Source: Mobula birostris
Lineage: Eukaryota
Length of the DNA stretch: 64,000 nucleotides
Direction: 5' to 3'
NCBI RefSeq assembly: GCF_030028105.1
Contig: NC_092383.1
Coordinates: 96,929,604-96,993,603 of the forward strand
Shown here: positions 22,407 through 33,284 of the stretch, piece after piece
How the letters are laid out: each line of letters opens with the position of its first letter
How positions within the stretch are numbered: the stretch's first letter is position 1
Position numbers and translations under genes: made by a program
The notes under the pieces: generated by a model
What the model saw: only the letters and a program-made list of their open reading frames with translations
The model's database searches: none
What the model was told of the DNA's origin: nothing

Positions 22407-25400
22407 GATCATCATCATCTTCAGTTGCTGTGCCCAGTTTGAGCTTTGACTGCCATGGCCCACACACTCCTGTTTCGCGTCAAGTGGATCAATTCATTGG
22501 TATTCATTTCCAGTTCTCTGGCTGCTGTCTCCATCATCATTTGTCTTTGCCTTCCTCTTGCTTTCTTCCCTTCAATCTTTCCCATAATTACCGTGCATTC
22601 TAACTCCTCTTTCCTAATCACATGTCCAATGAAGTTACATTGCCTTTTCATGATCTCATACATTATTTCTCTTTTTGTGTTTGCTCTGTTCATGACATTC
22701 TCATTAGATATTCGTTTCGTCCATGATATTCTTTGCATCCTCCTCAAGAACCACATCTCTGCTGCTACAATTCGTTTCCTCATGTTACTAGATATTGTCC
22801 AACATTCTGAGCCATATAACATAACTGGATAAACGTAACATTTCAGTACTCTGAGCTGGGTTGTCATGCCTAGTTTAGTGTTGGTCAGTTTACTCTTCAT
22901 TCTCGTAAAGGTATCTTTTGCCATCCCTATTTTTCTTTTGATGTCCATGTCACACCTGCCATCTGATGTCACCCAGTTTCCTAAGTAGCAAAAGTTCTGT
23001 ACTTGTTTTATGTCTTCCCCGTTTATTCTCAGTCTGCAGATAGGATTCTCCTTCTTTTTGGATATCACCATACATTCTGTCTTTTTCCAATTGAGAGATA
23101 GACCCATTTTTGCACTTTCTTCAACAATTATTTCAATTAAGTTTTGTAGTTCTTCCTTCGTACTTGCAATTAACACAGTGTTATCTGCATATCTGAAATT
23201 ACTGATGTTTTTACTGCCAACTTTGATTCCCAAGACATTAACAGGAGGAATTCTGCAGATGCTGGAAATTCAAGCCACACACATCAAAGTTGCTGGTGAA
23301 CGCAGCAGGCCAGGCAGCATCTCTAGGAAGAGGTACAATCGACGTTTCGGGCCGAGACCTTTCGTCAGGACTAACTGAAGGAAGAGCTAGTAAGAGATTT
23401 GAAAGTGGGAGGAGGAGGGGGAGATGCAAAATGATAGGAGATGACAGGAGGGGGAGGGATGGAGCCAAGAGCTGGACAGGTGATTGGCAAAAGGGATATG
23501 AGAGGATCATGGGACAGGAGGCCCAGGGAGAAGGAAAAGGGGCAGGGGGGGGAAAAATCCAGAGGATGGGCAAGGGATATAGTCAGAGGGACAGAGGGAG
23601 AACAAGGAGAGAGAGAGAAAGAATGTGTGTATATAAATAAATAACGGCTGGGGTACGAGTGGGAGGTGGGGCATTAGCAGAAGTTAGAGAAGTCAATGTT
23701 CATGCCATCAGGTTGGAGGCTACCCAGACGGAATATAAGGTGTTGTTCCTCCAACCTGAGTGTGGCTTCATCTTTACAGTAGAGGAGGCCGTGGATAGAC
23801 ATATCAGAATGAAAATGGGATGTGGAATTAAAATGTGTGGCCACTGGGAGATCCTGCTTTCTCTGGTGGACAGAGCGTAGGTGTTCAGCAAAACGATCTC
23901 CCAGTCTGCGTCGGGTCTCGCCAATATATAGAAGGCCACATCGGGAGCACCGGACGCAGTATATCACCCCAGCTGACTCACAGGTGAAGTGTCGCCTCAC
24001 CTGGAAGGACTGTTTGGAGCCCTGAATGGTGGTAAGGGAGGAAGTGTAAGGGCATGTGTAGCACTTGTTCCGCTTACAAGGATAAGTGCCGGGAGGGAGA
24101 TCGGTGGGAAGGGATGGGGGGGACGAATGGACAAGGGAGTCGCGTAGGGAGCGATCCCTGCAGAAAGCAGAGGGGGGGAGGGAAAGATGTGCTTAGTGGT
24201 GGGATCCCGTTGGAGGTGGCGGAAGTTACAGAGAATAATATGTTGGACTCAAAGGCTGGTGGGGTGGTAGGTGAGGACCAGGGGAACCCTAATCCTAGTG
24301 GGGTGATGGGAGGATGGAGTGAGAGCAGATGAGCCTGAAATGGGGGAGATGCGTTTGAGAGCAGAGTTGATGGTGGAGGAAGGGAAGCCCCTTTCTTTAA
24401 AAAAAGAGGGCATCTCCCTCGTCCTGGGATGAAAAGCCTCATCCTGAGAGCAGATGTGGCGGAGACGGAGGAATTGCAAGAAGGGGATGGCATTTTTGCA
24501 AGAGACAGGGTGAGAAGAGGAATAGTCCAGATAGCTGTGAGAGTCAGCAGGCTTATAGTAGACATCAGTAGATGAGCTGTCTCCAGAGATAGAGACAGAA
24601 AGATCTAGAAAAGGGAGGGAGGTGTTGGAAATGGACCAGGTAAACGAGGGCAGGGTGAAAGTTGGAGGCAAAGTTAATGAAGTTAACGAGCTCAGCATGC
24701 GTGCAGGAAGCAGCGCCAATGCAGTCATCGATGTAGCGAAGAAAAAGTGGGGGACAGATACCAGAATAGGTTTGTAACATAGATTGTTCCACAGAGCCAA
24801 CAAAAAGGCAGGCATAGCTTGGACCCATACGGGTGCCCATAGCTACACCTTTAGTTTGGAGGAAGTGGGAGGAGCCAAAGGAGAAACTATTAAGAGTAAG
24901 GACTAATTCCGCTAGACGGAGCAGAGTGGTGGTAGAGGGGAACTGATTAGGTCTGGAATCCAAAAAGTAGCAGAGAGCTTTGAGACCTTCCTGATGGGGG
25001 ATGGAAGTATATAGGGACTGGACATCCATGGTGAAAATAAAGCGAACTTAAAATCATCGAAAAGTTTAAGAGCGTGAAAAGTGTCACGAACATAGGTAGG
25101 AAGGGATTGAACAAGGGGGTATAAAACCGTGTCGAGGTATGCAGAAACGAGTTCGGTGGGGCAGGAGCAAGCTGAGACAATAGGTCTGCCAGGACAGGCA
25201 GGTTTGTGGATCTTGGGTAGGAGGTAGAAACGGGAAATGCGAGGTGTGGGAGCTATAAGGTTGGTAGCAGTGGATGGGAGATCCCCTGAGCGGATAAAGT
25301 CAGTGATGGTGTGGGAGACAATGGCCTGGTGCTCCTTAGTGGAGTCACAATCGAGGGGTAAATAAGAGGAGGTATCCGTGAGTTGTCACTGTGCCTCGGC

Positions 25401-26623
25401 AAGGTAGAGGTCGGTACGCCAGACTACAACAGCACCCCACTTATCGGCGGGTTTATTTATTTATATACACACATTCTTTCTCTCTCTCCTTTTTCTCCCT
25501 CTGTCCCTCTGACTATACCCCTTGCCCATCCTCTGGGTTTGTTTGTTTTTTCCCCCTCCCCCTTGTCTTTCTCCCTGGGCCTCCTGTCCCCTGATCCTCT
25601 CATATCCCTTTTGCCAATCACCTGTCCAGCTCTTGGCTCCATCCCTCCCCCTCCTGTCTTCTCCTATCATTTTGGATCTCCCCCTCCCCCTCCCACTTTC
25701 AAATCTCTTACTAACTCTTCCTTCAGTTAGTCCTGATGAAGGGTCTCAGCCCGAAACGTCGACTGTACCTCTTCCTAGAGATGCTGCCTGGCCTGCTGCG
25801 TTCACCAGCAACTTTGATGTGTGTGGATTGATTCCCAAGATGTCTCTTATTTTTTGTAATATTGTTTCACTGTACACAAATAAATCAGGGGAGAAAACAC
25901 ACCCTTGTCTAATGCCTCTCTTGATTTTCGTAAACTGACTTACTTCTCCATCTATTCTTACAGCGGCAGTTTGTTCCCAGTACAGATTTATGATTAGGCC
26001 GAGGTCTTTCGAATCTAGATCTAGGGCTTTCTGTAATATTTCAAATAACTTATTGTGCTTCACTTTATCAAATGCTTTTATGTAGTCGATAAAACAAACA
26101 AATCTGTTTGCACTTGAATAGCTCGTTCTGATAGTATCCTTAACATCAATATTGTCTTTCTTGTACCTTTGTCTTTCACGAAACCACATTGTTCTTTACC
26201 TACTTCAGCTTGTATCTTACTTTTAGCTCTTGTCATCAAAATTCTCAGAAGTATCTTGGTGATATGACTCATTGAACTTATAATCCTATGTAGTTCACAT
26301 TCTATCGCTCCAGGTTTCTTAGGAGGAGTGATAAATACTGATTTTTCCACCTCTTCTGGTATTATTCCAGTCTCATAAATGTCATTGATTAAATCAGTAA
26401 GTTTTTCAATTCTATAATCTTCAAGGACAATAATTTGTTCTATTACTAATTCATCAGGACCTGCTGCCTTTCCTTTCTTCATCTTATTTATTGCATTATG
26501 AACTTTAGATTTTAAAATACTTGGACCTTCGGTGTTTTTCTTAATTTCTGTTTTTTTGCCTCGATCGTCTTCAAACAATTCCTGAATATATTCAGTCCAT
26601 CTGTTCATAATCTCATCTTTTTT
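22407..26623 (-). mobile_element. RTE-clade (BovB-like) LINE, 5'-truncated, split by a Penelope insertion
   Basis: ORFs 26078..26608, 25746..26189 and 22421..23233 contain GKAAGPDE, RGIRQGCVFSPDLF, FRYADNTVLIA and GRQRQ. The 3' tail is (GAT)n. The frame is continuous across the Penelope TSD (IRDILG|IKVG). Confidence 0.9.
23236..25827 (-). mobile_element. Penelope-like element (RT + GIY-YIG), with inverted terminal repeats
   Basis: RT motifs DVQSLYTSIP, GVAMGTRMGPSYA and RYIDD, plus GIY-YIG VIYCVRC..LYIGET..RFAEH. Inverted repeats of about 380 bp lie at 23255-23645 and 25455-25826. 13-bp TSD ttgattcccaaga at 23223-23235 and 25828-25840. Confidence 0.92.
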
Positions 26624-27033
26624 AGTGAGTGAGTGGGCCAGTGAAGGAGTGGAGCTTTGAGGCTTTGACTCGAGAGATTCTGGCAGTTTTGGCAGTTGGT
26701 CTGTGCAATCAAGTCAATCAAGATTTGAATAGATCAGCAGAAAGCCGCTGATTAGACAATCAAGATTTGAATAGCTCAGACTCAGCAGAAAGCAGCTGAT
26801 TGGGCAGTCGAGGTCAGGTGACCAAACATTTTGAAAAGCTCAAACAGATAAATAGAGGGGTAGCTCAAGTGAAGTGGCTTGTGGAAAGCGGCCAGTGAGT
26901 GAGTGGGCCAGTGAAGGAGTGGAGCTTTGAGGCTTTGACTCGAGAGGCTTCGACGAGAAGAGGCCGAGGACAAGCTAGCTCGCAGTTAGTCTTTACAATG
27001 CCCCCTGAGATGGTGATGTGCCTCTCATGTGAG
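26624..27033 (+). mobile_element. CR1 5' UTR and ORF1 start, truncated
   Basis: 53-bp direct repeat at 26624-26676 and 26894-26946, followed by ATG CCC CCT GAG ATG GTG ATG TGC CTC TCA TGT GAG (CxxC start typical of CR1 ORF1). It abuts a truncated LTR. Confidence 0.6.
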
Positions 27034-28064
27034 AGAGAATAAAATATAAAAGGAAAATAAAAGGCGCCACACTTATCAAAGTTCAATCTCTTCGTGCACA
27101 AACAGTTGGAGCTCAGGACCCTCCTTTTTCACCCTGTGACCCCTTGGACCACCTTGACCGGCCGCCTGGGACCAACATCGGTGGTTGACCAGACGCTCCA
27201 CACGAGTCCGTCTCCGTCTCCTCTCCTCGCCGAACGCCCTCCTCGGGGTCCGACCCCGTTAGCGGACTCACAGCACCTGGTCCATCCTCTGTCTGTCTCT
27301 CTCGCCTTTTCCCCCCAAAACCCCGCGCATACAATCTCTTACAGACACCCCACAGGCATAACAATTAACCCAATTGGTTCATTTGTCCTCCTATCAGTAG
27401 ATAATCCAAAACAAACTGCCAGCGCAAGAACTTTCTCAGCGTTTAACATAACAAAGAAGCATTCCCAAGTATAACATAACAAAGAAGCATTCCCAAGTAT
27501 AACATAACAAAGAAGCCATTTTAATTAAGCTACACAGTAACAAAAAAGACGAAACCCCCTTACACTCTGCACCCACCAAATAAAGTCATGTCCTCATGAT
27601 TTCTATATAACTCGCCAACCAGTCCTGCAGACACACAACACACACATACACAGATACACACAGTGACAGAGCTCCCCAAACAGTGGACATTACGCCTGCC
27701 CCATGGGCGCTACATAGGCCAACCTATCTGGGAGCTTCTTAACCCTCCGAGACTTCCATACCCCCTCACCTAAACCCTAAAGGCTCAGACACTACTAGGA
27801 TACCTCGGGCCTGCTTGCCAACTCCTCTCTCACTCAGGCCACCACTACAGCTCGGAGCCCCCTGTCCCGTGTCCGGGGCCCCGCCTCTCTTCCTTCCTGG
27901 TCCTGCCGTAACTCAGACTGCCCACAGCTAGCCCTCCCCACTACACCTGACTCAGTGGGAGAAGGGCCAAAGGTCTCTTCCTCAATCACGGGGAAGTTAG
28001 CGAAAGGCAGCATGTACCACATGTCCGGCACATCATCCTTCGAATCCGTATTCTTCCTCATTCC

Positions 28065-28453
28065 CTCGATCGGTAGCTGCTGTTTAAGTTTCTCCAAACT
28101 GAAACATTTAGCCGGGGCTACCCCTTCAGCCTCCTGCAGTCGAGACGTCAGCTTCTTTGGGGACTCCTTCAACTCTCGCCACAGCCTCAGCAGTTCTGAC
28201 TCACGGTTCTTGGCCATCTCAATCTGGGACGCAGTTACCCCACCAGCTTCTTCCACACTGACCTGAAAAGCAGCAGTTAAAGGATGTTCAGCCTCCAGTT
28301 TTTTCTTCCTGATGACTTCTTCCAGGTCAACTTTCAGTTTTTCCACTTCACTTAAACTGCCGATAGTCATCTTCAGGTTCCCTTCAAGTGTCCGCCTCCC
28401 TTTTCCGAGATCTGTCCTCCATTTCTTCACCTCCTCGGGAGTGTAGTCAAACT
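28065..28453 (-). pseudogene. Captured sarcomeric myosin heavy-chain rod fragment, 3' part (MYH16-like by recollection)
   Basis: [33 protein letters not shown]; [26 protein letters not shown]; [18 protein letters not shown] match myosin [34 protein letters not shown] and KKLAQRLQEAEE..KCSSLEK. Confidence 0.85.
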
Positions 28454-31340
28454 TCTGAGGTGTATATATTTCAATGCTAGGAGTATTGCGGGGAAGGCGG
28501 ATGAGTTGAGGGCGTGGATTGACACGTGGAATTATGATGTTGTAGCAATTAGTGAAACTTGGTTACAGGAGGGGCAGGACTGGCAGCTTAATATTCCAGG
28601 GTTCCGATGTTTCAGATGTGATCGAGGCAGAGGAATGAAAGGTGGGGGAGTAGTATTGCTTGTTAGGGAAAATATTACAGCAGTGCTCAGGCAGGACAGA
28701 TTAGAGGGCTTGTCTACTGAGTCCTTATGGGTGGAGCTGAGAAACAGGAAAGGTATGGCCACATTAGTGGGATTGTATTACAGACCACCCAATAGTCAAC
28801 GAGACTTGGAAGAGCAAATCTGCAGAGAGATAGCAGGGAACTGCAGGAAACATAAAGTTGTGGTGGTAGGGGATTTTAATTTTCCATATATTGATTGGGA
28901 CTCCCATACTGTTAGGGGCCTAGATGGTTTAGAGTTTGTAAAATGTGTTCAGGAAAGTTTTCTAAATCAATATATAGAGGGACCAACTAGAGGGGATGCA
29001 ATATTGGATCTACTGTTAGGAAACGAATCAGGGCAAGTGACAGAAGTCTGTGTAGGGGAGCACTTTGGTTCCAGTGATCATAACACCATTAGTTTCAATT
29101 TGATCATGGACAAGGATAGATCTGGTCCTAGGGTTGAGGTTCTGAACTGGAAGAAGGCCAAATTTGAAGAAATGAGAAAGGATCTAAAAAGCGTGGATTG
29201 GAACAGGTTGTTCTCTGGCAAAGATGTGATTGGTAGGTGGGAAGCCTTCAAAGGGGAAATTTTGAGAGTGCAGAGTTTGTATGTTCCTGTCAGGATTAAA
29301 GGCAAATTAAATAGGAATAAGGAACCTTGGTTCTCAAGGGATATTGCAACTCTGATAAAGAAGAAGAGGGAGTTGTATGAAATGTATAGGAAACAGGGTA
29401 AATCAGGTGCCTGAGGAGTATAAGAAGTGCAAGAAAACACTAAAGAAAGAAATCAGGAGGGCTAAAAGAAGACATGAGGTTGCCTTGGCAATCAAAGTGA
29501 AGGATAATCCAAAGAGCTTTTACAAGTATATTAAGAGCAAAAGGATTGTAAGGGATAAAATTGGTCCTCTTGAAGATCAGAGTGGTCGGCTTTGTGCGGA
29601 ACCAAAGGAAATGGGGGAGATCTTAAATAGTTTTTTTGCATCTGTATTTACTAAGGAAGCTGGCATGAAATCTATGGAATTGAGGGAATCAAGTAGTGAG
29701 ACCATGGAAACTGTACAGATTGAAAAGGAGGAGGTGCTTGCTGTCTTGAGGAAAATTAAAGTGGATAAATCCCTGGGACCTGACAGAGTGTTCCCTCGGA
29801 CCTTGAAGGAGACTAATGTTGAAATTGCGGGGGCCCTGGCAGAAATATTTAAAATGTCGCTGTCTACGGGTGAAGTGCCGGAGGATTGGAGAGTGGCTCA
29901 TGTTGTTCCGTTGTTTAAAAAAGGATCGAAAAGTAATCCGGGAAATTATAGGCCGGTGAGTTTAACGTCAGTAGTAGGTAAATTATTGGAAGGAGTACTA
30001 AGAGACAGAATCTACAAGCATTTGGATAGACAGGGGCTTATTAGGGAAAGTCAACATGGCTTTGTGCATGGTAGGTCATGTTTGACCAATCTGTTGGAGT
30101 TTTTCGAGGAGGTTACCAGGAAAGTGGATGAAGGGAAGGCAGTGGATATTGTCTACATGGACTTCAGTAAGACCTTTGACAAGGTCCCGCATGGGAGGTT
30201 AGTTAGGAAAATTCAGTCGCTAGGTATACATGGAGAGGCGGTAAATTGGATTAGACATTGGCTCGATGGAAGAAGCCAGAGAGTGGTGGTAGAGAATTGC
30301 TTCTCTGAGTGGAGGCCTGTGACTAGTGGTGTGCCACAGGGATCAGTGCTGGGTCCATTGTTATTTGTCATCTATATAAATGATCTGGATGACAATGTGG
30401 TAAATTGGATCAGCAAGTTTGCTGATGATACAAAGATTGGAGGTGTAGTAGACAGTGAGGAAGGTTTTCAGAGCCTGCAGAGGGACTTGGACCAGCTGGA
30501 AAAATGGGCTGAAAAATGGCAGATGGAGTTTAATACTGACAAGTGTGAGGTATTGCACGTTGGAAGGACAAACCAACGTAGAACATATAGGGTTAATGGT
30601 AAGGCACTGAGGAGTGCAGTGGAACAGAGGGATCTCGGAATACAGATACAAAATTCCCTAAAAGTGTCTTCACAGGCAGATAGGGTCGTAAAGAGAACTT
30701 TTGGTACATTGGCCTTTATTAATCGAAGTATTGTGTGTAAGAGCTGGAATGTTATGATGAGGTTGTATAAGGCATTGGTGAGGCCGAATCTGGAGTATTG
30801 TGTTCAGTTTTGTTCACCAAATTACAGGAAGGATATAAATAAGGTTGAAAGAGTGCAGAGAAGGTTTACAAGGATGTTGCCAGGACTTGAGAAACTCAGT
30901 TACAGAGAAAGGTTGAATAGGTTAGGACTTTATTCCCTGGAGCGTAGAAGAATGAGGGGAGATTTGATAGAGGTATATAAAATTATGATGGGTATAGATA
31001 GAGTGAATGCAAGCAGGCTTTTTCCACTGAGACAAGGGGAGAAAAAAACCAGAGGACATGGGCTAAGGGTGAGGGGGGAAAAGTTTAAAGGGAACGTTAG
31101 GGGGGGCTTCTTCACACAGAGAGTGGTGGGAGTATGGAATGAGCTGTCAGACGAGGTGGTAAATGCGGGTTCTTTTTTAACATTTAAGAATAAATTGGAC
31201 AGATACATGGATGGGAGGTGTATGGAGGGATATGGTCTGTGTGCAGGTCAGTGGGACTAGGCAGAAAATGGTTCGGCACAGCCAAGAAGGGCCAAAGGGC
31301 CTGTTTCTGTGCTGTAGTTTCTATGGTTTCTATGGTTTCT
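28454..31340 (+). mobile_element. CR1 LINE, near-complete ORF2 (one frameshift near 29400), inserted in the myosin fragment
   Basis: ORFs 28506..29414 and 29377..31260 cover the endonuclease through RT. The 3' tail is (TTTCTATGG)n, and the 5-bp TSD aaact lies at 28449-28453 and 31341-31345. Confidence 0.95.
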
Positions 31341-31830
31341 AAACTCCCTTCCCTGGACTCTCAGTTTTCTGTTGGCCTTAGTCAGAACACTTCCCTGATC
31401 TTCCCCAACTTGTAAGTCTTCCAATCTTTTCTGAATCGACGTCTTGGGTTTCCGCTGATCCCTTCGAAGGTGGGTCATTGTTTCTTCTCGCTGGATTAAT
31501 TCATCAGTACATGACCGCAGTGTCGGCTCGGAATTCCGCTGCTCCTTCTCCACGTTGACGAGCGTGAATTCCAAGTCTGCAATGGTCGCCCCACAAGTGC
31601 GGCACTCAGTCTCCGGCCAGCATTTCTGAGCACTCAGTTCAGTGGTGCAAATCCCCTCTCTCCCTTGTGTCTCATTCAGATTGACGACCTGGGTTTCCAT
31701 CCCCAGGTCCTCCACCGTCTGCTCCAACACCAGGAAGTTCAACTGGTATGTCGGGTCAATTTTCTCACATTGCACCAAACTCCTCTGGCCAAAAACTCCT
31801 CCACATTTGACACTTCGCTTCGGTCACCCG
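31341..31830 (-). pseudogene. Captured myosin heavy-chain S2 fragment, 5' part
   Basis: ETQVVNLNE..ELSAQK..ETEC..IADLEFTLVNVEKEQ..LEDLQVGEDQGSVLTKANRKL aligns without gaps to myosin [55 protein letters not shown]. The upstream boundary is approximate. Confidence 0.85.
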
Positions 31831-33264
31831 GGCTCAGCCACTCGCCTCGCCTCATAGTCCCCCAAGGCGAATCCAAGCTCTAGGCGGTCATCCACATACA
31901 CCAAAACTCCACACACCTTCACTTCCCCCATGGTCTTCCTCATGCCCCGCGGGAAGGATGCAGGGGCTCGGGATAAGCCCTTGGGCATCTTTTCGGATCA
32001 GAATAATCCTAAAGAACTAACAATGGCCATCTTCGGCTCGACAGACGCACTCCTCGGGATCTGGCAACATCCACTCCTCAGATCCAGCACATTAAACCAC
32101 GTCGCATAATCCACACACATGCTGCCTACGTCTTCCACTGCGCTAGGGTCCAGTTGCCGCAACCCCTCTCTCACTGAGGTGTCTTCAGCGGTCAACTCCC
32201 CTCCCTCGTGGTGGTTCGGAGCATCTACTAAGAGGGTCTCATCCTCAGCTACTTTCCCCAAGCCGTACCACCGCCGGGTCTCGTTTAAATTCGATACCGG
32301 CTCAAGGCTGCTACGCACGTCCTCAGAAGCAACTCGACACGCTGGGTGCCCAGACAATGCCCCCATGACTTCCAGGGTCATTAACCAATCATCGTCTTCT
32401 GGATAACTACTGCCACTGGTACCCAAAGTCTCCGGTGCCCTTGCGGTTGTCCAGGATAAATGTTTCACACACTGGTTGTAAAACGAACTGTACAACAACT
32501 TGACCTGCGCCCTGGGGTCGAGGATGGCTTTAGCATCGCTTCCCTCTATCCGTAATGACACCCTGGGGCTTGGCCCCTCTAAGCCTTCAGGAATATAGTC
32601 TTTTCCTTTCGGAAGTTCATTGGTACATTGCTGGGAACGTGCTTCCCCAGAGACCCCAAGCCGTTCCCCCACTGGGCCTCCACTAAGTTTCCCGACACCT
32701 CTCTGATCAGCTGAACAACTGAAGGAGGGGCTGATCCCCTGAAATGATCCCCCTGGCACTGCAAGCAATTTAGCCACCCTCCTAGTTAGAGAAGACACAC
32801 TGAAAACATTCCCCCCTCTTTCAAGTAACTGACAGCTGTCACTATGGTGTAAGTGAACCTGACAGCTCTAACACCGTCACCAGCCCGCCTACTCAAACTT
32901 TCAACCAATCCCTGTCGCTCTCCCTCAACCGAGCACGGTCACTCATCTAACAACTGAGAGATCCACTCCTCCCTCGTCTCGCACGTCTCTGCCCCTCTTG
33001 GGGTGGACACTATTCCAAACGCCAGGCGGAGTCTGCCATAGCTAGATCATTTATTCGCAGACCCTACCTCCAAATCAGACCACTCTTTCCTCTCTCTCCC
33101 AACAGCATGGACAGCCCCGAGTTCCACCTCCAACTTGTCAATGCTAGTCTGAACTCGAACAAAGACCTCACTCACCATGCATACAGCAATAACCAGCAAA
33201 TAATCCACAGAGACACACATTACTAATTTAAAAAGGGCAACCACACAGCACACCAGTAGATCCA

Positions 33265-33284
33265 ATCCCAGACGAACCCCTACT
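33265..33284 (-). promoter_or_regulatory. Primer-binding site, tRNA-Pro-like
   Basis: Minus strand agtagggggttcgtctgggat versus canonical Pro PBS TGGGGGCTCGTCCGGGAT, immediately after the LTR end. Confidence 0.65.

Noticed and set aside
26624-26946. 53-bp direct repeat pair, superficially CRISPR-like
   Set aside because: There are only two copies, in a vertebrate context, within a CR1 5' UTR.
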